From contig NC_057720.1 of the NCBI RefSeq assembly GCF_004010195.1, forward strand, positions 4,387,800 through 4,451,799: a stretch of DNA of 64,000 nt. The letters are read 5' to 3'. Under the pieces are notes generated by a model, which saw only the letters and a program-made list of their open reading frames with translations, was not told where the DNA came from and made no database searches. Each line of letters begins with the position of its first letter. Position 1 is the first letter of the stretch. Positions 1-13,219 of this stretch are shown one piece after another. This DNA comes from Chiloscyllium plagiosum (lineage: Eukaryota). The translations under genes were made by a program, and so were the position numbers.

Positions 1-282
1 TATTCCTTATGGTCTTAATTGCCTATTCCTGATCCTATGGTTCTTATCTTGTTACTGGTTGATGGACACAAATAAAGAAACTACTGTATTAGTACAATAA
101 CTTCTCCTGACTTTCGGATTTAGCAAGTATGTTCCATAGTCAATGAAATACCTTGGAATGGAGTCACTGTCTCAATGAAGTGCTTTTATTTGCAAATGTC
201 AAATGTAAAATCATGAGGCAACTCAATTAAACTTATGCATGCTCACAAACAAATTGTTCCTTGTTTGTTTCCTTCTCCACAG

Positions 283-502
283 TTAGAGGTTTGTTCAGGA
301 ATTATAGCTGATGAAGATGAGTGTCACGATCAAACACACCGACGAGCCCCAAGGCCCTCAGTGAGCAACACTTGTGCGAGAATGACAACGTTTGGCTTTG
401 ATGTGTGTCTGGACGCAAAGTCAGCTAGTGCTGTTTACATCCGTCATGGTCCGCTGTACAGGCTGATGGGAGAGCACAAAGCCAGAATTGTAATCAGACC
501 AG
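283..502 (+). CDS. vtg: Vitellogenin exon (lipovitellin heavy chain C-terminal region)
   Basis: Acceptor ccttctccacag|, donor G|gtacag (phase 1). Encodes LEVCSG...CARMTTFGFDVCLDAKSASAVYIRHGPLYRLMGEHKARIVIRP, resembling the vertebrate Vtg 'PLY..IG.H' segment. Confidence 0.9.
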
Positions 503-2789
503 GTACAGACTTAATAGACTGTAAGTAATAGGAACAGGAGTAGGCTATTTGGCCCATCAAGCCTGTTCACAGGATCATCATACTCTGGCAGTCGCATGTC
601 CACTTTCCTGCCTTCTTCTCATAACCATCATTGCCTGACTGATCAAACACAAAGAACACAGGAACAGGCCTTTCAGCCCACAATGTTATGCTGAACATGA
701 TGCCAAATTAAGCTAGTCCCTTCTGCCCTGTCCTTGCTCCATATCCCTCCATTCCTTGTATATTCATGAGATTATCTAAAAGTCTCTTAAACACTCCTAT
801 TGTATCTGCCTCCGCCACCACCCCAGGCAGCACATTCCACACTCCTACCACTCTCTGTGTAAAGAAAAACCTGCCCCTCACATCTCCTTTGAACTTTCCA
901 CCCTCACCTTAAATGTATGCCACTTGATTTATACAGTTCAACTCTGACCATCAACCTTACTTTTGGTGTCTTATAATTTTATAAACTTCTATCAAGTCTT
1001 GCCTCAGCCTTTGCTGTTCCGTAAGACCATAAGACATAGGAGTGGAAGTATGGCCACTCGGCCCATCGAGTCCACTCTGCCATTTAATCATGGCTGATGG
1101 GCATTTCAACACCACTTACCTGCACTCTCCCCGTAGCTCTCGCGAGATCAAGAATTTATCAATCTCTGCCTTGAAGACATTTAATGTCCTGGCCTCCACT
1201 GCGCTCCATGGCAATTAATTCCATAGGCCCACCACTCTCTGGCTGAAGAGATGTCTCCTCATTTCCATTCTAAATTGGCCCCCTCTAATTATAAGGCTGT
1301 GCCCATGGGTCCAAGTCTTCCCTCCAAACAGAAACAAATTCCTAGTGTCCACCCTTTCTAAACCATGCACTAACTTGTAAATTTCTATTAGATTTCCCCT
1401 CAATCTTCTAAACTCTAATGAATACAATCCCAAGATCATTTGTTAGACTTACCATTCCAGGGATCGTCCGTGTGAATTTCCGCTGGACCCACTCCAGTGC
1501 TAGTATGTCCTTCCTGAGGTGTGGGGCCCAAAATTGGACACAGCACTCCAACTGGGGCCTAACTAGAACTTTATAAAGTCTCAGTAGCACATCGCTACTT
1601 TTATATTCCAACCCTCGAGATAAATTACACCATTACATTTGCTTTCTTAACCACGCACTCAACCTTCAAGTCAACCTTTAGAGAATCGTGGACTAGCACT
1701 CCCAGATCCTTTTGTACTTTGGCATTAAGAATTTTCTCACTGTTTAGAAAATAGTCCATGCCTGTATTCTTTTTTCCAAAGTGCAAGACCTCGCATTTGC
1801 TCTCATTGAATTTCATCAGCCATTTCTTGGACCACTCTCCTAAACTGTCTAAATCTTTCAGCAGCCTCCCCAGCTCCTCAGAACTAACTGCCTGTTCACC
1901 TAACTTTGTATCATCAGCGAACTTTGCCAGAATGTCCCAGTCCCCACATCCAGATCATTAATATATGAAGAGAACAGCTGGGGCTCCAACACTGAACCCT
2001 GCGGGACCCCACTTGCCATTCAAAACAAGTACCTTTTACCCAACTCTCTGCTTTCTGTCAGACGTCCAATCCGTAATCCATGCCAATGGCTCACCTCGAA
2101 CACCATGGGGCCTCCCTGTACTCAGCAGCCTCTTGTGAGGCACCTTATCAAAGGCCTTTTGGAAGCCTAGATAGATAACATCCACTGGAATCCCTGGCCT
2201 AACCTACATATTATCTCTTCAAAGCGTTCTAACAGGTTTGTCAGGCACAATCTCCCCTTACTAAATCCGACCCTGCACTTCCAAAATTTAGAAATCTCAT
2301 CCTTAACAATGGATTCTAGAATTTTACCTACATTCGAGGTTAGGCTAATTGGCCCATAATTTTGTCTTGATCCTTTCTAGAACAAGGGGGTCACAACAGC
2401 GATTTTCCAATCATCTGGGTCTTTCCCTGACTCCAGTGATTTTTGAAAGATTACAACCAATGCCTCCGCTATTTCCTCAGCCATCTCCCTCAGAACTCTA
2501 GGATGTAACCCATCAGGGCCAGGAGATTTATCAATTTTTAGACTTGTTAGCTTTTCTCGCATTTTCTCTTTTGTAATGCCACCATACTCAACTCTGCCCA
2601 CTGACTCTCCTTAATTGTTGGAATATTACTCATGTCTTCCACTGTGAAGACTGACGCAAAGTATTGATTAAGTTCTTCAGCTATTTCCTTATCTCCCATC
2701 ACTAGCCTTCCTGCATCAATTTGGAAGAGCCCAATTTCTACTTTTGCCTCTCGTTTGTTTCAAATGTATTGAAAGAAACTTTTACTTAT

Positions 2790-5293
2790 ATGAATAGATG
2801 CAGAGACAATAGGGTAGTGGTGATGGGAGATTTTAATTTTCCCAACATTGACTGGGATACACTTAGCGTCAGAGGTCTGGATGGGGTAGGATTTGTAAGA
2901 AGCGTCTAGGAGAGTTTTCTAGAGCAGTATGTCAATAATCTGACGAGGGAAGGGGCCATATTAGACCTGGTACTGGGGAACGAGCCAGGACAGGTGGTAG
3001 AAGTTGCGGTGGGGGATTTCTTTGGGAACAGTGACCACAATTCTGCAAGTTTTAGAATACTCGTAGATAAAGAAGAGAGTGGTCCTAAGGGAAGAGTACT
3101 AAACTGGGCCAAGGCCAATTATATCAAAATTAGGCAGGAGCTGGGAAGTGTGGATTGGATACTGCTGTTTGAAGGGAAGTCCTCATTTGATATGTGGGAG
3201 GCTTTCAAAGGTAGGTTAAAGATAGAGCAGGATAGGCATGTCCCGTTGAAGGCAAAGGATAGGAAGGGCAAGATTCGTGAACCGTGGATGACAGGAGACA
3301 TTGTACGACTAGCCAAGAGGAAAAGGGAAGCGGACATAAGGTCTAGGCAGCTAAGAACAGAACGGGCCCTGGAGGAAAATCGGAAGAGTGGGACAAGTCT
3401 TAAACAAGGAATCAAGCGGGCTAAAAGGAGTCATGAAATAGCTTTAGCGAGCAGAATTAAGGAAAATCCCAAATCATTTTATTCTTATGTAAGAAGCAAG
3501 TGGGTAACTAGAGAAAGGATTGGTCCACTAAAGGATAATGAAGGAAAGCTGTGTGTCGAACCTGAGAGAATGGGTGAGATTCTGAATGATTACTTTGCAT
3601 TAGTGTTCACTGGAGAGAGGAACATGATGAATCTTGAGATTAGAGATAGAAGTTTGATTAGTCTGGATCACGTTGGCATAAGTAAGGAAGATGTGCTGGG
3701 TATTCTAGAGGTTATTAAAGTGGAAAAATCCCCAGGACCACTGGGATCTATCCCAGGTTGCTGAGGGAGGCGAGAGAGGAAATAGCTGGGGCCCTGACGG
3801 AAATCTTTGTGGCATCCTTAAATACAGGTGAGGTGCCAAAGGACTGGAATGTTGCTCATGTTGTCCCCCTGTACAAGACGGGTAGTAGGGATATTCCAGG
3901 TAACTACAGACCATTGAGCCTGACGTCAGTGGTGGGGAAGTTGCTGGAGAGGGTACTGAGAGAAAGGATCTATTTATATTTGGAAAGGAATGAGTTTATC
4001 AATGATGGGCAACATGGTTTTGTGCGGGGGAGATAGTGCCTTACCAACTTGATAGAGTTCTTCGAGGAAGTGACCAAGTTGTTAGATGAAGGAAGGGCTG
4101 TTGATGCCATATACATGGACTTTAGTAAGGCTTTTGATAACGTTCCTCATTGAAGACTAATGGAGAAAGTTAAGTCGCATGGTGTGCAGGGTGTTCTAGC
4201 AGGTGGATAAAGAACTGGTTGAGCAACAGGAGACAGAGAGTAGTAGTTGAAGGGAGTTTCTCAAAATGGAGAAAAATGACCAGTGGTGTTCCACAGGGGT
4301 CAGTGCTCAGGCCACTGTTGTTGGTGATATACATAACTGATCTGGAAGAGAGCACTGTTGGTATGATCAGCAAGTTTACAGATGACACAAAGATTGGTGG
4401 AGTGGCAGAAAGCATAAGGGACTGTCAGAGAATACAGGAGGACATACATAGACTGGAGAGTTGGGCGGAAAATTAGCAGATGGCTTTCAATCCAGACAAA
4501 TGTGAGGTGATGCATTTAGGCAAGTCTAATTCTAGAGTAGATTATACAATGAATGGAAGAGTTTTTGGAAAAGTTGATGGGAAGAGAGATCTGGGAGAGA
4601 AGGTTCATTGTACCCTGAAGGTTGCTGCACAGGTGGATAGAGTGGTCAAGAAGGCATTTAGTATGCTTGTCTTCATTGGACGAGGTATTGAGTATAAGAG
4701 CTGGCAAGTCATGTTAAAATTGGACAAGATGTTGGTTCAGCCACATTTAGAATACTGTGTACAGTTCTGGTCACCACATTACCAATAGGAGGTGGACGCT
4801 TTGGAGAGGGTGCAGAGAAGGATTACGAGGATGTTGCCTGGTATGGAAGGTGCTAGCTATGAAGAGAGGTTGAGTAGGTTAGGATTATTTTCACTAGAAA
4901 AAAGGAGATTGAGGGGGGACCTGATTGAGGTTTAAAAATCATGAAGGATATAGACAGGGTGGATAGAGACAAGCTTTTTCCCAGGGTGAAGGATTCAATG
5001 AGAGATCATACTTACAAAGTGAGAGGTGGAAAGTTTAAGGGGGATACACGCGGTAAGTACTTCACACAGAGGGTGGTGGGCATCTGGAACGTGTTGCCAG
5101 CAGAAGTGGTAGAGGCAGGCACGGTAGATGCATTTAAGATACGTCTGGACAGATGCATGAGTAGGTGGGGAACAGAGGGATATAGATGCTTAGGAATTGG
5201 GCAACAGGTTTAGACAGTACATTTGGATCGGCTCAGGTTTGGAGGGCTGAAGGGCCAGTTTCTGAGCTGTAAATTTTCTTCGTTCTTTGTTCT
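2790..5293 (+). mobile_element. 5'-truncated CR1 LINE (ORF2 EN-RT, with stops and frameshifts), nested
   Basis: [46 protein letters not shown]; 3' tail ttctttgttct. Confidence 0.92.
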
Positions 5294-6407
5294 ATAATTT
5301 TTAATATTACTGGCTAGCTTACCTTCATATTTGATCGTCTCCTTCCTTATTTCTCTCTTTGTTATCCTCTGTTTGTGTTATCCTCTTCCCAATCTTCTGA
5401 TTTCCCAGTGCGCTTGGCCACTTTATAGGCTCTCTCTTTCTCTAATACATTTCCTGACTTTCTTTCCTGTTTAATACCCCCCAGATTACCTTTCTTTTCT
5501 TTGGGATGAACCTCTGTACTGTGTCCTCAATTACACCCAGAAACTCCTGCCATTGTTGCTCTACTGTCTTCCCTGCTAAACTCTGCTTCCAGTCATTTTC
5601 ATCAGTTCCTCACTCTTGCCCCATAATTACCTTTATTTAACTGTAACACCATAACATCTGATTTTGCCTTCTCTCTTTCAAACTGCAGTCTGAACTCTAC
5701 CATATTACCATCGCTGCCTCCTAAATTTTCCCTTACTATAAGATCTTTATAAAGTCTAGCTCATTACATAGCACTAAGTCCAGAATAGCCTGCTCCCTTG
5801 TGGGATCCATCACAAGCTGTTCCAAAAAGCCATCCTGTAAGTATTCCATGAATGCCCTTTCTCCCAGTCCTGAACTTTTGCAACCACGTCTCTGTAATGC
5901 CTATCACACCATAATCATTCACAATGATTTATGCCATTAATTTATCAACTTAGTTACGAATATTATGAGCATTCAGATAAAATGCCTTAATGCTAATTTT
6001 CTTATCCTCATGATTTCCAACTTCTGTAGTAATATGTCCTAAGTTATCCTTCCTTTTTGCTTCATTCCTAGTCTGCCTTGAACTGAAACCCTGCACACAT
6101 GCTAACCTGCTGCTTATCTTTCCACTTGACTCCATACGCCCTGTTCTGGATCAGTGGTGCTGGAAGAGCACAGCAATTCAGGCAGCATCCGACGAGCAGC
6201 AAAATCGATGTTTCAGGCAAAAGCCCTCCATCCTCCCTGTGGCTTTCCCTTTCCCTTCCCCCGACTCACAATAGTGACCACCCTATTTATCCTTTTCGCC
6301 AGAACACTGGTTCCAGATGGGTTCAGGTGGAGACCGTCCTATTGGTACAGATCCCTCTGGATCCAAAACTGCTAATGTCGGAAGAAATGGAATCTCTCTT
6401 TCTCACA

Positions 6408-6911
6408 CTAATCCCTTAGCCACATGTTAACTTCTCTAACTTTCTTAATCTTGTGCCAATTGGCACGTGGCTCGGACAGTAATCCAGAGATTATGACCCT
6501 TGAGGATCTGTTCTTCAATTTCCTTCCTAGTGCTTGATAATCCCCAAACAGGTCCTCCACCCTAGCTTTGCCTATGTTGTTAGTCCCAACGTGGACCACA
6601 ACAACTGGATCCTCCCCCTCCTGCTCCAATATCCTTTCAAGCTGGTCGGAGATGTCCCGCACCCTGGCACCGGGCAGGCAACACACCATGCTAGACTCCC
6701 GATCCGGCTTGCATAGGATACTATCCGTCCCTCTAATTATAGAATCCCCTATAACAACTACTTGTCTTTTTGCTCCCCCCTCTTGAATGGCCTTCTGCAC
6801 CATGGTGCCGTGGTCAGCTGGCTCATCCTGTCCACAGCTCTTTTCCTCATCCGTACAGGGAGCAAAAATCTTGTACCTGTTGCTCAAGGTCAAGGGCTGA
6901 GGCTCCTGCAC
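6408..6911 (-). pseudogene. CR1 ORF1 SGNH-esterase-like domain fragment
   Basis: VVVIGDSIIRG, VCCLPGARVRDI and VVVHVGTNNIG are the typical CR1 ORF1p esterase blocks. Confidence 0.88.
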
Positions 6912-8080
6912 TCCTGAATTCAGAATCCCCCTACCTGCCTCACTTACCTCACACCCTGTTGTCCCTGATCACTAACTGAATTTGAATTACTTAATCTACC
7001 AGGTGTAACTGCCTCCTGAAACAAAGTAATTCTCTCCCTCCTGGATATGCCACAGTGTTTGAAGCTCAGATTCCAGATCATCAATTCTAATCCGGAGTTC
7101 TTCCAACAACCATAACTTCAGAGAAAACAACCCGAGTTTCTCTAGCCTCTCCTTACAGCTCATGCCCTCTAATCCAGGCAGCATCCTGGTAAGCCCTTTC
7201 TGCATCCTCTCCAAAGCCTCCACATCTTTCCTGTAATATGGCGACCAGAATCGAACACAATATTCTAAGTATAGCATAACCAAAGTCTTATAAAGCTGCC
7301 ACATGTCATCCTGACTCTTGAACTCAATTCCCCGACCAATAAAGGCAAGCATGCCATACACCTTATTTACCAACTGTCTACTTATGTGGCCACTTTCAGG
7401 GAGTTATGGTCTTCCCAAGATCCCTCAAGAATCTATCTATGTCAGCTTTAAATATACATAAGGACTTTGCCAGTGCAGTTCTCTGTGGCAAGGAGTTCCA
7501 AAGACTCACAACCCTTTGAGAGAAGAAATTCCTCCTCATCTCGGTCTGAAATTGGTTCCCCTTTATTCTGAGACTGTGCTCCTTTGGTCCTAGACTCTCC
7601 CATGAGGGGAAACATCCTCTCAGCATTGACCCTTAAGAATCTGAGATGTTTCAATGAGATCACCTCTCATTATTCTAAACTCCAATGAGTAGAGTCCCAA
7701 CCTGTTTAATCTTTATTCATAAGACAATCTCTCCATACTGGGAATCATCCTAATGAATCTTTTCTGATCTGCCTCCAGTGAAATGAATAAGGGGACTAAG
7801 ACTGCTCACAGTGCTCCGGATGTGGTCTCACAAACACCTTGTACAGTTGTAGAAAGATGTCCCTACTCTTTCAAAATAAAGGCTAACATTCCACTCGTAT
7901 TCCCAATTACCTGCTGCCCCTGTATGTTGGCTTTCTGTGTTTTGTGAACAATTTCCCCTCAAGCCCCTTTGTGTTGCAGCTTTCTGCAGTTTCTCTCCAT
8001 TTGACTTGACAAGGGCTCCTGCACTGTTCAATGTACAGAGCTACACAATTTATAACAAAACTCCTTCTTTTGTTTTCCAG

Positions 8081-8232
8081 TACAGTCAGAGACAAGAATC
8101 ACAAGGTTGCGGCTGGAAGTACAGACAGGTCCCAAAGCAAGTGCCAAAATGGTTCGGTTTCTGGAGGGAGAAGAGCTGCTCCCTGAAAGAGTCCATCCAC
8201 ATACAGTCCTGATAGGCACATCCCACACAAAG
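8081..8232 (+). CDS. vtg: Vitellogenin exon (end of lipovitellin heavy chain)
   Basis: Acceptor tgttttccag|; phase joins the previous exon. Encodes VQSETRITRLRLEVQTGPKASAKMVRFLEGEE...TSHTK. The donor |gtcaac is non-optimal, so the 3' boundary is less certain. Confidence 0.82.
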
Positions 8233-9374
8233 GTCAACCTGTCATATTCTTTAATATGTTTAGAAAAGTCTTAAATTGTTTTTGCAATCTTACAAACAAA
8301 AAATTACATTTCTATAAAGGTTTTCTTGACCTAATGTGTTTTATACTCAATGAATCATAGAGGCTTGGTAGAACAGAACTTAAATATTGCTAAAACAAAG
8401 ACATAGAATGGAAACTTTGCATTTGTATTCATCAGGGCTAGAATGCAAGAAACCAAAATTAAAAAAAAAACAACAATTTTTGCAGCATGAGATGTGGTTG
8501 TTGATGATTACTTTGACCATAGCTGGCTGTAGGGACTGTTAACTGTCCATCCTGCTAAACTGATTAAACTTAGAGATTAATCAATTAACTAAGATTGACA
8601 GTTCACAGTCCTCAGTGTATCTCCATGCCTGCCATGGTCCAGGCAATCAGCAATCTCTTGTTGTATAAATTGTTGTCCCCCTTCTGACATTGCTTTCTTG
8701 CATTCAGCATTTTGTGTCTCTTTAAAGCAAATAATATCTTTGTGGTGTAGTTTCACGGAGTGAGAATGGTAAAGGAATCTTTGTCAAAACTTGAAAATAT
8801 CCTTTGTGGATTGTACAAAAAAAAGGTGTGGTATAAAGGGAAATGGAAATTTTCTTTCTGGATCATATAATGAGAGCATAGTCTCAGTATCCGGAGGGAA
8901 AAGATGCAGATTATATGTGAATGAGTTTCAAGCTCACCATTATCATCGACAGAGATGAAGTGAAATTTCTTCTATTAATGAGTGGTGAATCTGTGGAATT
9001 CTGTACTGCAGAGGGCTGTCAAGGGATGGTTATTAACTATATTCAAGGCTGAGACAGACAGGTTTTTAATTTGGAAGGGAATCAAGGGTTATAAGGAAAA
9101 GGCAGGAGAGTTGAGGATGATCTGATCAACCATAATCTCATTGAATGGTGGAGCTGAATGGCCTACTTCAGCTCCTGTGCCTAATGGTCATATGATAAAC
9201 TGAAAGCAATTTCAATCTAATTCAATTTAATTAGAGAAGTGAGCCAATTGTTCTCGCTCACCCCTGTGGTGCAAACCTGCTGAAAGATTTCAAATGTCCT
9301 TCAAACACTCAGTTTCTACTGATTTCATGTCACAAATATTTGTCCTAGTTCTAAAAGTAGCGTCTCATTTACAG

Positions 9375-9617
9375 AGAAGAATGGAAAACCAAACTTGGGC
9401 CAAGAGCTCCTCATACAGGTCAATTTCTACAAGTTTGTCAGGAAGCAAGACAACCTCCCAAAGTTCTTCAGTGTCAAGCGACAATTCAGGCAGCATGCAA
9501 CACAGTGTTCACCAGAAGGAAGATCGACAGGCTTCAATATCCAAAAAGAGCAGCAACAGCAGAGCTCATCATGCTGATATCAGGACCAGCAACGACATGT
9601 TCTCCAGCAGTGCATGG
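9375..9617 (+). CDS. vtg: Vitellogenin Ser-rich phosvitin-like exon
   Basis: Acceptor catttacag|, donor TGG|gtattt, phase 0/0. 81 aa with 26 Ser (RRMENQTWAKSSSYRSISTSLSGSKTTSQSSSVSS...FSSSAW), at the phosvitin position. Confidence 0.82.
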
Positions 9618-10199
9618 GTATTTCTCACTTCTCAGTTTTTAGCAGCTTCAGTTTTGAAACTTTACTTTGAACCAGTTGTACAATAGTGATTGTGGACTGG
9701 GATAATGAGTCGAGAGTGTGGCACTGGAGAAGCACAGCAGGTCAGGCAACATCCAAGGAGCAGGAGAATCAACGTTTCAGGCCAAAGCCTTGGGTTAATA
9801 TCCCACTCCATGTGCTTGGGGAACAATATTTAAACAATATTTTTATCTCCAGGGTTGGATTAGTATGATGATGGGGTTTCTAAACACTATAATTTATAAA
9901 TTTGTAGTTGAACAAACACCTCCCTTACAGACCTGCACTAAAATGCTGCAAATGCCTTAGTCCCCTCTTCTTGTGGGGAGGCTGTTTGATATTTTTGCCT
10001 GGCAGTGGGTGAGGTGATGTATGTGCCATGTTTGTCCCAATAAGAGAAAGCAAGAAAACAATGAGATATGGTTACAACCAATGTCTGAATTATACATTGT
10101 TTGAATTTCCCAGTGACTGACTGAAAGAATCAAAGAATGACATTTCACATTTTAAGACTTATACTCTAATTAAAAAAAATAAAAATCAGCACATTACTC

Positions 10200-10875
10200 A
10201 ACAGTCCATGTTCAGATGCAACAAGACCTGGACAATATTCAGCCCTAGACTAACAACTAGCAAGTAACATTCACGCCACACAAATACCAGGCAATGACCA
10301 TCCCCAATAAGAGACTACCTAACCACTGCCTCTTGACATTCAATGGTGTTATTACCACTGAATCCTCCACATATAAACATGCTGGGATTTACTATTGACC
10401 AGAAATTCAACTTGATTAGCCATATAAGTACAGTGGCTACAGGGGCAGGGCAGAGGTTAGGAAAACTGCTGCAAGTAACTTACCTCCTGACTCCTAGGAG
10501 AAAGTGAGGACTGCAGATGCTGGAGATCAGAGCTGAAAATGTGTTGCTGGAAAAGCGCAGCAGGTCAGGCAGCATCCAAGGAGCAGGAGAATCGACGTTT
10601 CGGGCATGAGCCCTTCTTCAGGAAGGCTCATGCCCGAAACGTCGATTCTCCTGCTCCTTGGATGCTGACTCCCCAAAGCCTGTCCACCATCTACAAGGTA
10701 CAAGTCAGGAGTGTGATTAGTACTCCCCATTCCCTGGATGGGTGCAGCTCCAATAACACTCAGGAGTTTGACACCATTCAAAGCAACCCATTTGATTGAC
10801 ATCATATCCACAAACATCTACTCCATCCACCACCAACGCTTGATGGCAGCAATGGGTATTATTTACCAAATGCTG
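10200..10875 (+). mobile_element. L2/CR1-clade LINE 3' fragment (second LINE family), interrupted by a short Penelope-derived element
   Basis: Similar to 14660-15240 and 50760-51995; QQDLDNIQ and LSTIYKVQVRSV remnants. Confidence 0.65.
10495..10664. mobile_element. Short palindromic Penelope-derived element with hammerhead core
   Basis: TSD ctgactcc (10487-10494 / 10665-10672). The minus strand at 10592-10622 reads CUGAAGA-A-GGGC-UCAU-GCCC-GAAAC-GUC. Confidence 0.75.
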
Positions 10876-11284
10876 GTGAAGTGGAGGGAAGCGCGCAGGC
10901 ACAGAATATATAGGTACTGAGATAATAGCAGGATGATTCTAGGTAATTATGAGTGTAAACAAGTAAGTACAAATAGTGTGAGTAGATACTGTTGACACTG
11001 TTAATTCCCTGAAGTTATCTTGCCATTATCTCTCAGCCTATATATTCTGTGCCTGTGCATCTCCCTCTCCTTCACCATTCCAAAAGGTTGTGATTTTAAA
11101 TAAACCTGTTGGACTATAATCTGGTGTTATGTGACTGTTTAAACATCTTTGTTCTATTCCCAGTAATTGCACGCTTTCAAGGACTAATACAGAACAGAGG
11201 GAGGGCAGCAGTGATAAATGCATTTATTCAAATTAAGGCCCACACCCAACCATGTTGAACAGATGTTTGAGAGCCGACAAAGAC

Positions 11285-13219
11285 CAAGTGTAAGGGAGGA
11301 GCTGGCCAAAGTTCAATGGTGCAATACCTTAGCAGGGATGACAGTGGAGGAACAATGGCGGATATTTCTGGGTATAATGCAGAAGATGCAGGATCAGTTC
11401 ATTCCAAAAAGGAAGAAAGATCCTATGAGGAGGCAGGGGTGGCCGTGGCTGACGAGGGAAGTTAAGAAACATATAAAGTCAAAAGAGAAAAAGTATAACA
11501 TAGCAAAGATGAGTGGGAAAAAGGAGGACTGGGAAGCTTTTAAAGAACAACAAAGGATTACTAAGAAGGAAATACGCAGAGTAAAAATGAGGTACAAAGG
11601 TAAACAGGCCAAAAATATAAAGGAGGATAGTAAAAACCTTTTTAGGTATGTGAAAGGGACAAAAATGCTTAAGACTAAAATTGGGCCCTTGAAGACAAAA
11701 ACAGGGGAATATATTATGGGGAACAAAGAAATGGCAGAAGAATTGAATTGGTACTTCAGATCTGTGTTCACTGGGGAAGACACAAGCAATCTCCCTGAGG
11801 TAACAGTGGCTGAAGGACCTGAACTGAAGGGAATTTATATTTGCCAAGAATTGATGTTGGAGAGACTGTTAGGTCTGAAGGGTGATAAGTCCCCGGGACC
11901 TGATGGTCTACATCCCAGGGTACTGAGGGAGGTGGCTCCAGAAATCGTGGATGCGTTGGTGATTATTTTCCAGAGTTCGATAGATTCAGGATCAGTTCCT
12001 GTGGATTGGAGGGTGGCTAATGTTGTACCACTTTTTAAGAAAGGAGCGAGAGAGAAAGCAGGAAATTATAGACCAGTTAGTCTGATCTCAGTGGTGGGAA
12101 AGATGCTGGAGTCAATTACAAAGGTTGAAATTATGACACATCTGGATAGCAGTAACAAGATAGGTCAGAGTCAGCATGGATTTATGAAGGGGAAATCATG
12201 CTTGACTAATCTTCTGGAATTTTTGGAGATGTAACTCTGAAGATGGACAAGGGAGATCCAGTGGATGTAGTGTACCTGGACTTTCAGAAAGCTTTTGATA
12301 AAGTCCCACATAGGAGGTTAGTGAGCAAAATTATGGTATTGGGGGCAAAGTACTGACTTGGATTTAAAATTGGTTGGCTGACAGGAAACAAAGAGTAGTG
12401 ATAAACGGCTCCCTTTCGGAATGGCAGGCGGTGACCAGTGGGGTACCGGAGGGATCAGTGCTGGGACCGCAGCTTTTTACAATATATATTAATGATATAG
12501 AAGATGGTATTAATAGTAACATTAGCAAAATTGCTGATGACACAAAGCTGGATGGCAGGGTGAAATGTGAGGAGGATGTTAGGAGATTACAGNNNNNNNN
12601 NNNNNNNNNNNNNNNNNNNNNNNNNNNNNNNNNNNNNNNNNNNNNNNNNNNNNNNNNNNNNNNNNNNNNNNNNNNNNNNNNNNNNNNGACTCCCTTCCTT
12701 TTAAAAGGCATTAGGGAATCAGATGGGTTTTTTTTTCTGGCAATCAACAATGGTTTAATGGACATCATTAGTCTCTTATGTTGAAAGATTGGAGCGACTG
12801 GGCTTGTATACCGTTGAGTTTAGAAGACTGAGAGGGGATCTGATAATCTGATATAAGATTATTAAAGGATCAGACACTCTGGAGGCAGGAAACATGTTTC
12901 CGCTGATGGGTGAGTCCCGAACCAGAGGACACAGCTTAAAAATAAGGGGTAGGCCATTTAGGACAGAGATGAGGAGAAACTTCTTCACCCAGAGAGTGGT
13001 GGGTGTGTGGAATGCTATGCCCCAGAAGGCTTTGGAGGCCCAGTCTCTGGATTCGTTTAAGAAAGAGTTGGATAGAGCTCTCAAGGATAGTGGGATCAAG
13101 GGTTATGGAGATAAGGCAGGAACAGGATACTGATTGAGGATGATCAGCCATAATCATAATGAATGGTGGTGCAGGCTCGAAGGGCAGAGTGGCCTACTCC
13201 TGCACCTATTGTCTATTGT
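11285..13219 (+). mobile_element. 5'-truncated CR1 LINE ORF2 (spans assembly gap)
   Basis: ORF 11218-12234 ([34 protein letters not shown]); [11 protein letters not shown]; tail tattgtctattgt. Confidence 0.92.
12593..12687. other. Assembly gap (95 N)
   Basis: Run of N. Confidence 0.99.

Larger units (their letters stand above)
1021..7115 (-). mobile_element. Long decayed CR1 LINE with ORF1 and ORF2 remnants (1021-2789 and 5294-7115)
   Basis: Tail (taagacca)n at 1022; RT remnants (KSPGPDGLHPRVL); APE endonuclease start (AFYLNAHNIRN, ~5960); ORF1 at 6408-7110. Confidence 0.85.
647..7424 (-). mobile_element. CR1 LINE 3' fragment (second level; 647-1020 and ~7116-7424)
   Basis: The tail at 647-1020 continues at ~7116 (cagagaaaacaaccc) into LEYCVRFWSPYYRKDV. 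Confidence 0.7.
519..8010 (-). mobile_element. CR1 LINE 3' fragment (outermost; split into 519-646 and ~7425-8010 by nested insertions)
   Basis: The CR1 3'UTR ending ...gactgatcaa resumes at ~7425 caagaatctatct. ORF2 C-terminal remnants include EMRRNFFSQRVV. Confidence 0.7.

Noticed and set aside
9294..9686. 130-aa stand-alone Ser-rich ORF
   Set aside because: It is the vtg exon 9375-9617 read through into the flanking introns.
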